From positions 248,001-312,000 of the forward strand of contig NW_027191468.1 of the NCBI RefSeq assembly GCF_011745625.1: a stretch of DNA of 64,000 nucleotides. The letters run 5' to 3'. A program made the translations under genes and the position numbers. Below the pieces are notes generated by a model, which was not told where the DNA came from, made no database searches, and saw nothing but the letters and a program-made list of their open reading frames with translations. Numbering within the stretch: the stretch's first letter is position 1; the number at the start of each line of letters is the position of its first letter. This document shows, one piece after another, positions 1-11,653 of the stretch. This DNA comes from Cladosporium halotolerans. Lineage: Eukaryota.

Positions 1-201
1 GCTCTCGACGAAAGAGTCGCGGGCGAGGGTGCGACTGCGAGTGAGGATAAGGCCAAGGAGAAGGAGGGCGAGAAGGCGGTTGAGAAGATGTTCATGGAGA
101 GCTTGAAGGCGAAGAAAGAGGGCGAGGGCGAGGGCGAGGGAGGCGATCTAAAGGATCAGTTCAAGAAAGGCTTGTCGGAGGCCGGACTTGAGGTTTCGTG
201 A
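1..201 (+). CDS. 3' end of an unidentified CDS entering from the left edge (...EKAVEKMFMESLKAKKEGEGEGEGGDLKDQFKKGLSEAGLEVS*)
   Basis: Frame 1 is open from base 1 to TGA at 199-201. It has the purine/G-rich composition of other gene 3' ends here and is followed by more AT-rich 3'UTR-like sequence. Product not recognised. Confidence 0.6.
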   Translation, partial: ALDERVAGEGATASEDKAKEKEGEKAVEKMFMESLKAKKEGEGEGEGGDLKDQFKKGLSEAGLEVS

Positions 202-486
202 GCGTGATGACAGCCATGTATGATATGTAGCTCCATTGGGTTGGATGTCAGTTACCAATCAGCGATATTGACCGGCTTTATTGGCCGGCTAGAGGAATAC
301 AGATTTGCATGATCAAACAATCGCAATTGCCCTAGCGTATCTCAAACGGTGACACTACAGTAGAGAAGGGCCTCGAAAGGCGGGGAATAAGTAGGCCTGC
401 TACCGTGGCTCGCGATGCTAGGCTAAGGAACGATAGGCCCCTGTCTCAATGGCAGTGTTACCCACAATAGCCGAGCATCGTAGATA

Positions 487-579
487 GCACGTGTCCAGAT
501 CACGGAAGTGAATGTGAGCACTTGCGGCTACCGTTCGCTATACGTAGACTGTATGCACGAGCATCGATCGCACGTGACG
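487..579 (+). promoter_or_regulatory. Candidate unfolded-protein-response elements (ACGT-core bZIP/Hac1 sites) upstream of calnexin
   Basis: CACGTGTCC at 488-496 (reverse GGACACGTG, Hac1/HacA-like), TACGTA near 541 and CACGTGAC near 571, all 340-430 bp upstream of an ER chaperone gene. Confidence 0.45.
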
Positions 580-917
580 GCGGCAATATAAGAGGAACAT
601 GAAGATTATGGAGACCCTAGCCGATTAGTCGAATTGAAGATGTACAGCCGGCCAGGCACATGGGCAGTGAAGAGCGCACGGGCGCGGTCGGCAAGCCAGC
701 GCGCGAAGCTCTCCCCGCCGCCGCCTCTAGCGCTGTCGTAGCTCGCCATTCCCGCCAGCTGTTCTGATTTCACCCGCCGCGCATCACGGTCCCCTGCTAT
801 AAACGAAGGCCGTCCACGCGCCGGGCAAACTGTCCTCTTCACCAAGCACTCCACCACCGACACCTCCCTCCCACAAAGCAGCCCGAGTGTCTCCTCGCTG
901 CACACACACCGCCCACC

Positions 918-2779
918 ATGCGTGCCGCTTCGCTTCTTGCTTTCGGTGCCCTGGCCGCCGTCGGGCAGTCCAAGGATGTCCTGGACGACATTGACGACTC
1001 CGCTGCCGAGGCCTCGAGCTCCGTCGCCTCCGCCGTCGAGTCTGTGACCTCTTCTGCTGTCGAGAAGCCCACCTTCACCGTGAGTCTCGCCGCTGTTGGT
1101 CTAAGTAAAAGCCAATGCTAATGTCTCCCACCAGCCCACAAACCTCAAGGCTCCCTTCCTTGAGCAGTTCACCGACGACTGGGAATCCAGGTGGAAGGTC
1201 TCGCACGCGAAGAAGGAGGGTACTGAGGAGGAGTGGACCTACAATGGCAAGTGGTCCGTCGAGGAGCCCACCGTGCTCCGCGGCATCGAGGGCGACAAGG
1301 GTCTCGTCCTCAAGGACAAGGCGGCCCACCACGCCATTTCCTCCAAGTTCGACAAGCCCATCACCAACAAGGATGACACGCTCGTCGTGCAGTACGAGGT
1401 CAAGCTCCAGGCCGGCCTCGAGTGCGGTGGTGCCTACATGAAGCTCCTCCAGGACAACAAGGCCCTCCACGCCGAGGAGTTCTCCAACGCCTCCCCCTAC
1501 ATCATCATGTTCGGCCCCGACAAGTGCGGCTCCACCAACAAGGTCCACTTCATCTTCCGCCACAAGAACCCCAAGACCGGCGAGTACGAGGAGAAGCACC
1601 TCAAGAACACCCCCATGGCTCGCATCACCAAGCAGTCTTCCCTCTACACCCTCATCATCAAGCCCGACCAGACCTACCAGATCAAGGTCGACGGCGAGCA
1701 GGTCCGCGAGGGCTCTCTCCTCGAGGACTTCCTCCCCGCCGTCAACCCGCCTGAGGAGATCGACGACCCCAAGGACTCCAAGCCCGCCGACTGGGTCGAG
1801 GAGGCCAAGATCGCCGACCCCGACGCGACCAAGCCGGAGGACTGGGACGAGGACGCTCCCTTCGAGATCGTCGACGAGGACGCCGAGAAGCCCGCCGACT
1901 GGCTGGACGACGAGCCTGAGATGATCCCCGACCCCGAGGCCGAGAAGCCTGAGGACTGGGACGACGAGGAGGACGGTGACTGGGATGCGCCTCTCGTCCG
2001 CAACCCCAACTGCGACGAGGCCTCTGGCTGTGGCCCCTGGACCAAGCCCATGAAGCAGAACCCGGCCTTCAAGGGCAAGTGGACTGCCCCGCTCGTCGAC
2101 AATCCTGCCTACAAGGGCGTCTGGGCCCCGCGCAAGATCGCCAACCCGGATTACTTCGAGGACAAGACCCCGGCCAACCTTGAGCCCATGGGCGGTGTAA
2201 GTGAAACCTACGATTTTCCACGATTGACACAACGCTGACATTTCATCCTCACAGATCGGCTTCGAAATCTGGACCATGCAGAACGACATCCTCTTCGACA
2301 ACATCTACATCGGCCACTCCGTCTCCGACGCCGAGGCCCTCGCCCAGTCCACCTTCGAGGTCAAGAAGGCCGTCGAGAAGGAACAGGAGGAGGCCGAGAA
2401 GCCCAAGAAAGACGAGGCCGACAAGCCCAAGTCCCCGCTCGACATGACCTTCATGGACGACCCCGTCGCCTACGCCAAGGAGAAGGTCAACCTGTTCGCC
2501 GCCATCGCCCAGCGCGACCCCATCGAGGCCATCAAGTTCGTCCCCGAGGTCGCCGCCGGCATCGCTGTCGGCGTCGTCACCCTCCTCCTCGTCCTCGTCG
2601 GCCTCTTCAGCGGCGGCGCCGCCGCGGCTCCCTCCAAGGACCAAGTCAAGGCCAACGCTGAGAAGGCCCAGGCCAAGGCCAAGCAGACCAAGGAGCAGGT
2701 CGCCGAGGCCGTCGCGAGCGGCACGGAGAAGACCAAGGAGGAGGCCAACAAGAGGAGCACGAGGAGCTCGGGCCAGTAG
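918..2779 (+). CDS. CNE1: Calnexin (ER lectin chaperone); exons 918-1079, 1135-2196, 2255-2779
   Basis: Signal peptide, [20 protein letters not shown]-domain repeats ([22 protein letters not shown]), IGFEIWTMQ and a C-terminal TM segment. Two GT-AG introns (1080-1134, 2197-2254) join the frames. Confidence 0.97.
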
Positions 2780-3341
2780 ATGCTGCTGCGTCTGAATCGG
2801 AATGTTTTGAAGCTCGGAATTATGAAAAAGCAAAATGCCAAATCTTGCGTGCGCTGTGCGCTCGGAAATGAAAGCGGAAGTGAAAGGCTGTCCGGAGCGG
2901 AAGTGTGAAAGTATTTAAATAGCTGTTTTGCGAGGGGAGCTGGCGGGGGAGAGTTTTCGAGTCGAATGAATGATACCATCTTTTTGTATTTGCACCAATG
3001 GCATTTCTACGATCACGTCGTGCATCACCCTTACCGCTGATGTGTCGGTGAAGCATTATAATGCGCATTCGTCATGGCTCCAGCAACCTCTTTTCCAGAG
3101 TCACGAGCGGGGGAAAGAGACTCGTCGCGCTCCTGGCGAGAACTCCAGCCGTTCGAGGCGGATCGTCTATAACTTGCAAACGGACAGGAAGAACAATGCA
3201 GCGATCGTTTATTTGTACACTCCTACAGCTATACACCGCGAATCGTACACTCACTTCCATTGCCCATCGAAAAATACTGTACACACAGACACGGACACAA
3301 GAAGTACGACAACCCTACCCAACATCCAACACGCGGAAGTC

Positions 3342-6300
3342 CTATTTCTTGCCGCCCTTCTTCTTCGGCGCGACGACCCTGAAGTTGCCGTTGGCGGCGT
3401 CGTCCTTGGGCGTCTCGGGCTTCGCGGGGCCCTTCTTCGCGACCTCGCTCCAGCCGCCGGCGGAGCCGCCGGCCGCGTTGGCGGGGCTGCCGCTCTTGGG
3501 CGGCGTGGAGGTGTCGACGAGGCCCTTGTCGGCGAGCTTCTTGCGGCGGATGAACTCCTCGGCGAAGTGGCGCGAGTCGATCGTGCTGCTGCTGCCGTGG
3601 ACGGCTTCGGTGATGAGCTCGGCTTCGGCGGGGAAGAAGATGAGGTCGGAGACGAATTGCTCGGCTGGTGAGCGTGTTAGCATGTTGCTCGGGATACTTT
3701 GATTTTTCTTTTTGGTGAGAACGTACCTGAGATGCCCGGGTTGAGGTCGGGGCGGAGCTCGTTGATGGCCCACTTCCTGAACTCCTCTTGGGCGTTGACG
3801 GCGCCGGAGCCGGTCATGGTGGCGCTCCTGGAAGGCGCCTTCTTGACAGCCGCGGCAATGCTAGGCTGAGCGGGCGGCATCACGCTGGCACTCGGGGTAC
3901 GGGCGGGCGCAGCAGGAGACGGCGCGGCGGGAGGCTTGGTCTTGCCACCAGCACCGACGGTAGTCCAGGCGCTGCCACCGGGAGCGGTGGGCGGCGGTGC
4001 GGCCGGAGACATGACCTTTCCAGCGAGGTTGGCGTAGCTCTTGCCGCCGGCAGGGCTGGGAACGCTGGCCATAGCAACAGCCTGGGCCTGAGCCGCGGCG
4101 GCAGCGACACGCCTCTTGCGGGCCTCTTCCTCCTTCTGAATCTGAGCCATGCTCTTGGCAGCAGTGGCAGCCGGCTTCGGCTGAGCAGCCTTAGCCCAAG
4201 CGCTGGCGCCAGAGGGAACAGGAGAAGCGCTCGTAGCGGCCCAAGTGGACGATGAGGGAAGGCCAGGAGCCGGCGGGGCGGCGGCGGCAGCACTCTGAGC
4301 CTCCAGCTCCTTCTGAAGCGCGGCGCGACGAGCAGCGGCGGCGAGTTCCTCCTGCTCAGCAGCCTTCTTGGCCTCGGCCTCCTGGATCTCCTTGAGAGAG
4401 GGGCCCTTCGGGGGGCCGGCGGGCTCCTTAGCCCACGGAGCGACAGTTGTCGGAGTCTCCGTGCTCGGAGTCTGAGATCTAGAACGGGACTCAGCGTTCA
4501 GGTGGTCGGCCACAGTCTGCCTGCTGGTCCTCTGAGCGGCGGGCGCCGGGAGAGGAGATTGAGAAGGCGCGGGAGGGAAGGCCTGCGGGATGCCGGTATC
4601 GACCTTAGCCCATGCCTGCTGAGTTGGGGCGGGCGACTGCTTCGCAGAAGCCGCCTTCTGGACTTGCTCGGTCAAGGTGAGGGGCTCCTTGGTCTGCGCC
4701 TGCTCCGCCGGCGCGGCGACTGGAGATCCGATGCTACTCTCAGTGTCAGTAGAATCGGGCTTGGTAGGCTGTTCTTGCGCCTGCGGCTGTTTCTGCTGCT
4801 GCTGTTTGCCGATAGTGCCTTGGAGCTGCTGGAACTCCTCGAGGCGTTCGTTGGAAGCCGCTTGAGCAGGCTGGTCCTTCTCCGTAGCATCCTGTCTGGC
4901 CTGCTCTTCGTTCAACCTGGCACGGTCCTGGAGCATCTGCTGAACCTGCTGAGCATGTGCATCCTGCTGCTGCGCCTGCTGTTGCTGCTGCTGGGAGAAT
5001 GGCTGGCCGGGGGCGCCAAACTGATTCGGCTGTCCAGAGCGGTTGCCCAGGTTGAGCCTGTTCATGATGCTAGGAATCTCCTCCTCGGTGATGTGGCCCA
5101 GAGAGTCCACGCCAGCACCTACCGCGCCCAGACCACCCTGGGGGTTGCGAAAGGAGTTGTCAAAGAAGCCAGTAGGTTGTCCAGAAGCGGGTCCTGTGCT
5201 CAGGCTAGACTGGAATGCGCCAGGGCTTGCAATGGAGCCGAAGCTAGGCTGCGAGTGCAAGCTCTGAGCGCTCGAGTGACGATGCAGCTGACCCTGGGAT
5301 GGTCCGCCGGGAGCAAAGCCCTGGTGAGGGCCCTGCAGGTGTTGCATGCGGTGTGCGATCTGTGCCTGGGCAAGGTGCTCCTTCTGGCGCGCCATTAGAT
5401 ATTGCTCCTCTTGCTTTCTACGCTCGAGGGCATTCTGCTGGTCGGCCGTTAGGGTTGTGCCAAATGAAGGAAAGCTGGACGCGAATGGCGGCTGTGCACC
5501 GCCAGTAGGAGGGGCTGCAGCTGGAGGCGCGCTCGCAGCCCAAGGTCCAGGCGGCGAAGCAGTGGTTTGACCGTGAGGGATTCCGATCTGCGGAACAAGG
5601 AAGGGCTCTCTGGAGTTTCCGATGCGACGGATGAGCTGGGCAAGCGGCTCGTAGTCCGCGTCTTCGGCCTTCTTCACCAAGAGCTCCGGGGAGAAGAAGC
5701 CGGCCTTGTACCAGTCGTGCATCTCAAGACCGGACCATGGGCCCTGAGTCTGACCTTGCGGGTCACGGTAGATCCAGCGCATCCTGTCGGGCATGACCAT
5801 GGTGCGCTGCTGAGGCGGAGGAGGTTGGTTCGAGGCAGAGCTGCCTGGCTGTTGGTGTTGACCTTGACCGCCCAGCTGGTCTTGGAGATCACCTTCGTGG
5901 GCACCAAAGCCTTGTCCTTGGAATGGGTTGTCTCCTTCCATGTTGCCAAGTCCTGCGAAGGGCGTCTGGGCAGACCTATCATCTTGCTGCTCGCCTTGCC
6001 TCATCTGGTCTTGCATGGCCTGGGGAAACATGCTTGCCATCCTGCTCCCGCCAAAGCCGGAGCCAACGTGCGGACTCATAGTGTTACCGCCCAGACCGGC
6101 AAGGCTAGGAGAGTTCAGGTCACCCAGCGCGTTTCCAAGCATGCCACCTCCGAATCCGCCAGAAAGTCCTGCAGTTTGACGGCCAGGGGTTCCGAGGCCT
6201 GGCTGGCTAGTGGGCCATCCACCACCGAACTGTCCGAGACCTCCCAGGCCAGTAAAACCGCGGTTGGGACCAACACTGCTGGTCTGGCTGCGGTCATCAC

Positions 6301-8115
6301 TTCCAGGACCCTGTGATCCGACGTGGCGACCTAGGTTAGGCAGCGCACCGAGACCACCAAGGCCTCCGCCCTGGTGCATCGAGTCCCCGCCAAATCCAAG
6401 CCCAGGGAGTGGTGCGCTTGGAATATCAGGAGTCCCTTGCTCAAGGCCTTCCCGAAGATGCTCGCCACCAAGTTGTTCCGGGGACTTGTAGGGGTTCGTA
6501 TCGGTAGGGCTCTGCGGATCGTGGCCTCCCATTTGTAGGCCGGGGCGTCCAGGTGTCTGTTGGTTTGATTGCAAGAATCCAGAGCCAAATCCGCCAGCGT
6601 TGTCGGAGGTCATGCCAAAGGCGCCGAATCCGAAGTCGTCGCGAGTGTTGGACCGGCTAGGTGTGTCATAGCCGCGCATGGCTTGGCGCGTGCTTGGCGG
6701 AGACATGTCAGAGCCACCGGCCAAAGCTGCGCTTCCAGAAGGGACACCATCGTCCTCGTCTGCTTCCTCTAGAGTGGCAGCTCCAACCTCAGAGCGATCC
6801 AGCGGCCTCCAGGACTCGTTCTCGTTGACCTTGGGCAAGCTGGAGATACTGGCCTTGCTTTCCAGGGTCTTCGCATTCATGTCCTCGGTACTGTCCTTCT
6901 GCAGGAGATTTTTAAACCTGCTTTCCGCCCTTCCACTTCCGAGGCCCGCGCGCTTCTCGCCAGGCGTGCCTTGACCCGAGCTACCCAAGCCGAAGTTACC
7001 AAAAGATCCCATCGGCGAGAATCCAGCACTTTGGGGAGCTTGAGACCAGGGTGAGGTCGGGACGCCGAATCCAGCGCCACCCAGCGGGCCAATAGGATTG
7101 CGCTTCACCGTGCCAGAAGGGGTGGTCGCGCCTTTCTCTTCGCCCGAATCATCGGCCTTGCTGGCATCTTTCAAGTCCGTCCTACGGCGAAGTAGAGATG
7201 GCGGAGGAGACGGAGCACGCTGCTCGTCCCGCGGATTCGGAGAGGTGACAGAGTTCGGGAACGGATACGAGTCGCCTGTCTGACGACGGGAAGGTCCACG
7301 TACGTTGCCCGGGGACTGTAAGTTGAAGCCGCCAGGAGAGTTGACGGACATCTTGCGCCCAAGAACCCCGTTCGTCTGCTGGCTGTCCTTCGTCTGAACC
7401 GGCGGCTTGAGCGGAGTATTAACCGAGGTGGTGAAGAGCTAGTCGAGTGTTAGTCCAACCTCGATATGGTTATCCTGTCGCATAGGAACCCTTTAAACAT
7501 ACCTCTCTTTCTTCGTCATCCATTTCGGTCAAGGACAACGGTTCGAAGCTCCCATCATCGTCCCAACAGACATCAGGCCCGGGCGGCTGCTCCCTGCTTG
7601 CATCGTTCCTGCCCCAGCCTGCACCGTTCGCAGCGTTCGCAGCGTTCGGCTGCCAACCACCAACGTACAAGCTCTGAAGATCATCCTGCACGCCTTCGTC
7701 AACACTTTGCTGTAGTCTGTACAGGTCAAGGAGTTGGTTCTTCGAGTAGCGCGGGTCGGTCACAGTTCCGTTACGGTGTGGCGGGACGTAGCGCGGGGGT
7801 TGTGAAGACGCGGCGGAAGTGGGGTTGGTCTCGATGTTCTGGGGTGCGGCGGCGGGCGTGGTAACAGCGTTCGAGGTTCGGCGGAAGGTCTGGGTCGCAC
7901 CGTTAGGTCTGCGCGCCCTATTCGCGTTGGTGTTAGCTTCCGATGCGTCGAATGTGCACTCGTGCGCCGAGCCGAGATGGAAGTGGCACGGCGCATGAAG
8001 TGAGGCTCGCTAGCCGGGTGGATACCTGGACATACCATTCCGAACCACCGTCTCGTGGTTGGTTGTTTTGGTTATTGCTGCCAGCGGCGGCAGAAGCGAA
8101 AGTCGAAGGTGCCAT
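3342..8115 (-). CDS. GYF-domain protein (Smy2/Syh1/GIGYF-like); exons 8115-8036, 7917-7503, 7438-3727, 3664-3342
   Basis: GYF domain WIYRDPQGQTQGPWSGLEMHDWYKAGFF, N-terminal RYSKNQLLDLY motif, Smy2-like C-terminus (FAEEFIRRK ... WSEVAKK). Three GT-AG introns with CTAAC branch points restore the frame. Confidence 0.88.
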
Positions 8116-9365
8116 TGTAGGAGGTGGGTTGGGTTGTAGCAGTACCGGCTCGGTGTGTTGGAGCGGATGCGGTGCGAAAGGTGCTGTGCGTGGTCGCGAG
8201 TGCTGAAAAGTGCTGAAATTTCAAGAGGTGCTGAATGAGTATGCGTCGTTTGTGAATCGTCAATTGATCGCTGTGATGGCGTAGGGCAAGACGGGCGGAG
8301 GAGGTGGCTTCGATTTTCGAAGACGTTCAAAGTCCGCCAGCCTTCGGCGCTTTGACGCGCTATTCCGCTTCGGGTCGAGCATCTCTCGAGCATCTCACGC
8401 GACCTGGATGTTCCTGCATGACATACACGACATACATGCGCTGCTGAAGGGGGGGGAATTCTTTAATTTTTGCAGGGATAATTATGACAAGCGTCACGCG
8501 TTGTGGATTCCGCACGAAGCTACCATCGAAAATGCAGCATCGTAAATGTCCACGGTGGCCTTCTGCCCTACGGAGCTAGAGCATGCGCCAGCGCGTCGCG
8601 TCGCCAGACAAGCTCCAAGCACTTCCAGCCTCCTGTCGATTTGACCCATCTCACCTCACGTCAACCTCACGTCCATATCACATGATGGCCCTGAATCATC
8701 ACTGGGGCCATCAGATCATCTCCAGCATCCCGTGCGACCGGGGAAAGGGTCCCGTTAAATTGTTGCACGCAGCACATGCCAGGGGCACAGCAAGCAGCCG
8801 TTCGCCGTCTGTAACGGCGTGGCGAATTGTTTGCTAGACCCCTCCTCGAACCGCCACGCCGATGATCCCTTCGAAGGCAAACGTGAACGAACCGGTTCGC
8901 TATGCATGCTTCCGGGCGGATGTTTGCTCAACGTCGACGTCTGTCAGTCGCGCAAACCATCACAAGGTAGGCCTTGCCGGGGACCACGGGAGCAAGCCCA
9001 TTCGAGCGCCCGATGGCAGTAAAGGCAATCCGGTACCACCGGTTCAGTAGGTGTGGGACCCAGGACGAACATATAGAGCTCAAACTTCTCAAGTTATTGA
9101 TGGCTTGCTCTTCATCGCAGAAGCATAGCTACTCAAAGCACTCATCAGCCTTCATTCACCACTTGACGACACTCACATATTCCTCTTGCACTGAGCGGCA
9201 ACGATACTTCCAGCATTCAGAGTATGGATCCGTACGCCCTCGCGCTCACCACGAGTGCCCCTTTCTCCGGTGGTAGTTACGGCCACGGTCTAGGTGTGTC
9301 TCTTATAACCGTCTCAAAATCACCCTCAACCCAGCCACCTTAACAAACCCCTCCCTCTCAACTCA

Positions 9366-9698
9366 ATGTATGGCTCTCCCTACGACCTCCTAGGCATGGG
9401 CATGGGCGGTGGCAGCCTAGGCGTAGATCCCTACAGCTACTTAGGGATGGGCATGAGGCCTCGCAACAGGCTGTCACGCCGCGATCTGCTCGACATGCCG
9501 TACGGCTACGGGTACGGCCGGGGTCGCGGTTCACGCTACCTTGACCCGTACGACATCTTGGACGACGTGTACGATGACGATTATTTCGACGACTACGAAG
9601 ACATCGAGGATCCGCTGCTGTATCAACTGAGATTCGGCGGACGAAGGCGGCCGAGGCGACGATTTGGAGGGAGAGGGTACGGCCGTTGGGGATATTAA
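9366..9698 (+). CDS. Small Tyr/Gly/Asp/Arg-rich low-complexity protein; may start at upstream ATG 9224 via intron 9294-9393
   Basis: 110-codon ORF with repeated (D/S)PY motifs, an acidic Tyr block and a basic RG/YG tail. The upstream exon MDPYALAL...GHGL can be joined in phase by a GT..TAG intron. Confidence 0.6.
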   Translation: MYGSPYDLLGMGMGGGSLGVDPYSYLGMGMRPRNRLSRRDLLDMPYGYGYGRGRGSRYLDPYDILDDVYDDDYFDDYEDIEDPLLYQLRFGGRRRPRRRFGGRGYGRWGY

Positions 9699-10592
9699 GC
9701 TGCTGAGAGCGAGTCTTGGTACGTTTGTTTGGACGTAGGTGATTCAAGGCGGGCCTGGAGTACCACGGAGCTTTTGTTTGCGATGCTCAGCTGGGAATAC
9801 TGCCTCCATCGTCATGACTATGGGGCGATCAATCGTTGTGGGATGTAAATTATCAGCGAGGAACCCGCGTGTTCTTTTGGAGTTGGGTTGGTGCTGGTGT
9901 CGATTGCGAGCTCTCCTCTCATCTCTACGGCCGCTGGCACGGCAGATATGACGAGCAGAAGGGACTGTCGCTACATGTAGATGAGACATGTAAAGCTCTG
10001 CGCGCTTGATCTATCTATGTTTGTCAGTATGCATCGATGAAGCTTGGAATTAGCGGGTTATAAGACCATCAAAGTAGGATATACTGGGGGAGAGCGAAGC
10101 AAGGAGCATAATTTGATAATTGAATATAGATGGATATGATTTGGTAGAATTGGATTGATATTATATCATGTCACAGAACACATCACTCTACTGAAGGGAT
10201 TTAGGCCTGAATCTATGGACCACTGCAACCACATACAGGCTACCGCGGTGAGTAAGAGGTCTTTCCAAAGGATGAATCTCCTTTGCACCAAAATAGGGCT
10301 GCGACAAGGTAGAGAAGGTCGGGCCCAGAGTGTTGGCAAAGTTGGCAAGGAAATTGATGAGGATGGGTAGCTTCCCGGGGATAAGCTGAAGCTGATGAAG
10401 ACATGGGACGGTGAGGAAGAACGGGATGACTGAAAGCTGACTGGCTTGTTACAGCTGTACAGCTAACCAATGACAAGTAGTCCGTCTACTGTTTGAACGC
10501 CGGACTCCTGAAATGCGGGTATCGTGAAATCTTCTCGGGTTGTTACACCTTCGAAACGGCTATTGCATTGGATCTCGTGTGGCGCGTAATAT

Positions 10593-11300
10593 TTACTCCT
10601 GGGGAACTGTGAAATTGTTAGCATGCTGTCTTTCGAGCAGCTGATCCGGCAAAACTCACTCTCAATCTCGCCAGAGTGGATGTCGTCAGAGATGCTCTTG
10701 GGGCTGCGGCCGTCGACCTGGCAGCCGGTGGAGAAAGCAGTGCCGAGGATCTCGAGGACGGTGCCCTCAAGAGTCTTGGCCATGGACTTGTAGCGCATGG
10801 TGCGGGCAATGTCGATGATCTCGTCAAGAGGGATGGACTTGGTGTGCTTGATGTTCTTCTCCTTCTTGCGGTCACGAGGGGGCTCCTTGAGGGCCTTGAT
10901 GACCAGGGAAGAGGCGGAGGGAACGACCGAGACGGCGGCCTGACGGTTCTTGATGGTCAGGCGGACGGTGACGCGGAGACCCTTCTGTGAGGTTGTTAGA
11001 CATCTGGCTGGCTGCGAGCGCGCGGCTTTGCGCATTGGCGGATTGTCAAACGTACCCAGTCACCGGTGGCCTTGGCGATATCTTCACCGACCTTCTTGGG
11101 GGAGAGACCAAGAGGACCGATCTTGGGGGCAAGAGCGGAAGAGGCACCGACCTCACCTCCGGTGGCACGGAGGTGAATGATCTTCTCCTCGTTGGGGTCG
11201 AACTTGGGAGCTTTGCGGTATCAGTATTGACGTGTCGCAAGAGCAGCGAGCTTCAGCCGGAGCTGAGCAGCCATGGATCGAAGAGGTGATACTTACGCAT
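10593..11300 (-). CDS. RPL12: 60S ribosomal protein L12 (uL11); exons 11300-11297, 11210-11056, 10984-10660, 10606-10593
   Basis: The spliced product is 165 aa: MPPKFDPNE...[42 protein letters not shown]...[26 protein letters not shown]...EIPQE*. Confidence 0.97.
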
Positions 11301-11653
11301 GGCTAGGGCGTAAGGTGGTCTACCTTAATCGATTTGTTTGTCGGGAAGTGAGGTGGTGGTGCAAGAACGAAAGTCTGCGCTCGTGAAGCGAGCTTTTTGG
11401 AGCGAGATTTGTGCGGAGCGGGAAGCGGAAGTCCTCCCGCCGCCAAGGCGCGCGCATCGAGGCGAGCGTCGCTGGCCGCAAGCCCGCCGCGGGACCCTTG
11501 ACGTGTTGGCCGCCGGCGTTAAGGCAACGTCGTTCGCTTTGGCGCAGGAGCAGCCGCTGGAACTTTTGGGTGTGATCTGGAAACACCACCCCTTGCGACA
11601 ACACGGGTCCTGTAACCACGTCTACCTGGCCAGACCATCGCACACATCCCGCC

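Noticed and set aside
1075..2304. 409-aa ORF antisense to calnexin
   Set aside because: Shadow ORF caused by strong C/G third-position bias of a highly expressed gene; no recognisable domain.
10350..10445. TGATGA...CTGA motifs downstream of RPL12, suggesting a C/D snoRNA
   Set aside because: Antisense to the putative host, no terminal stem and no rRNA guide I could recognise.
11303..11323. GT...AG segment just upstream of the RPL12 ATG (minus strand)
   Set aside because: About 21 nt, too short for a spliceosomal intron.
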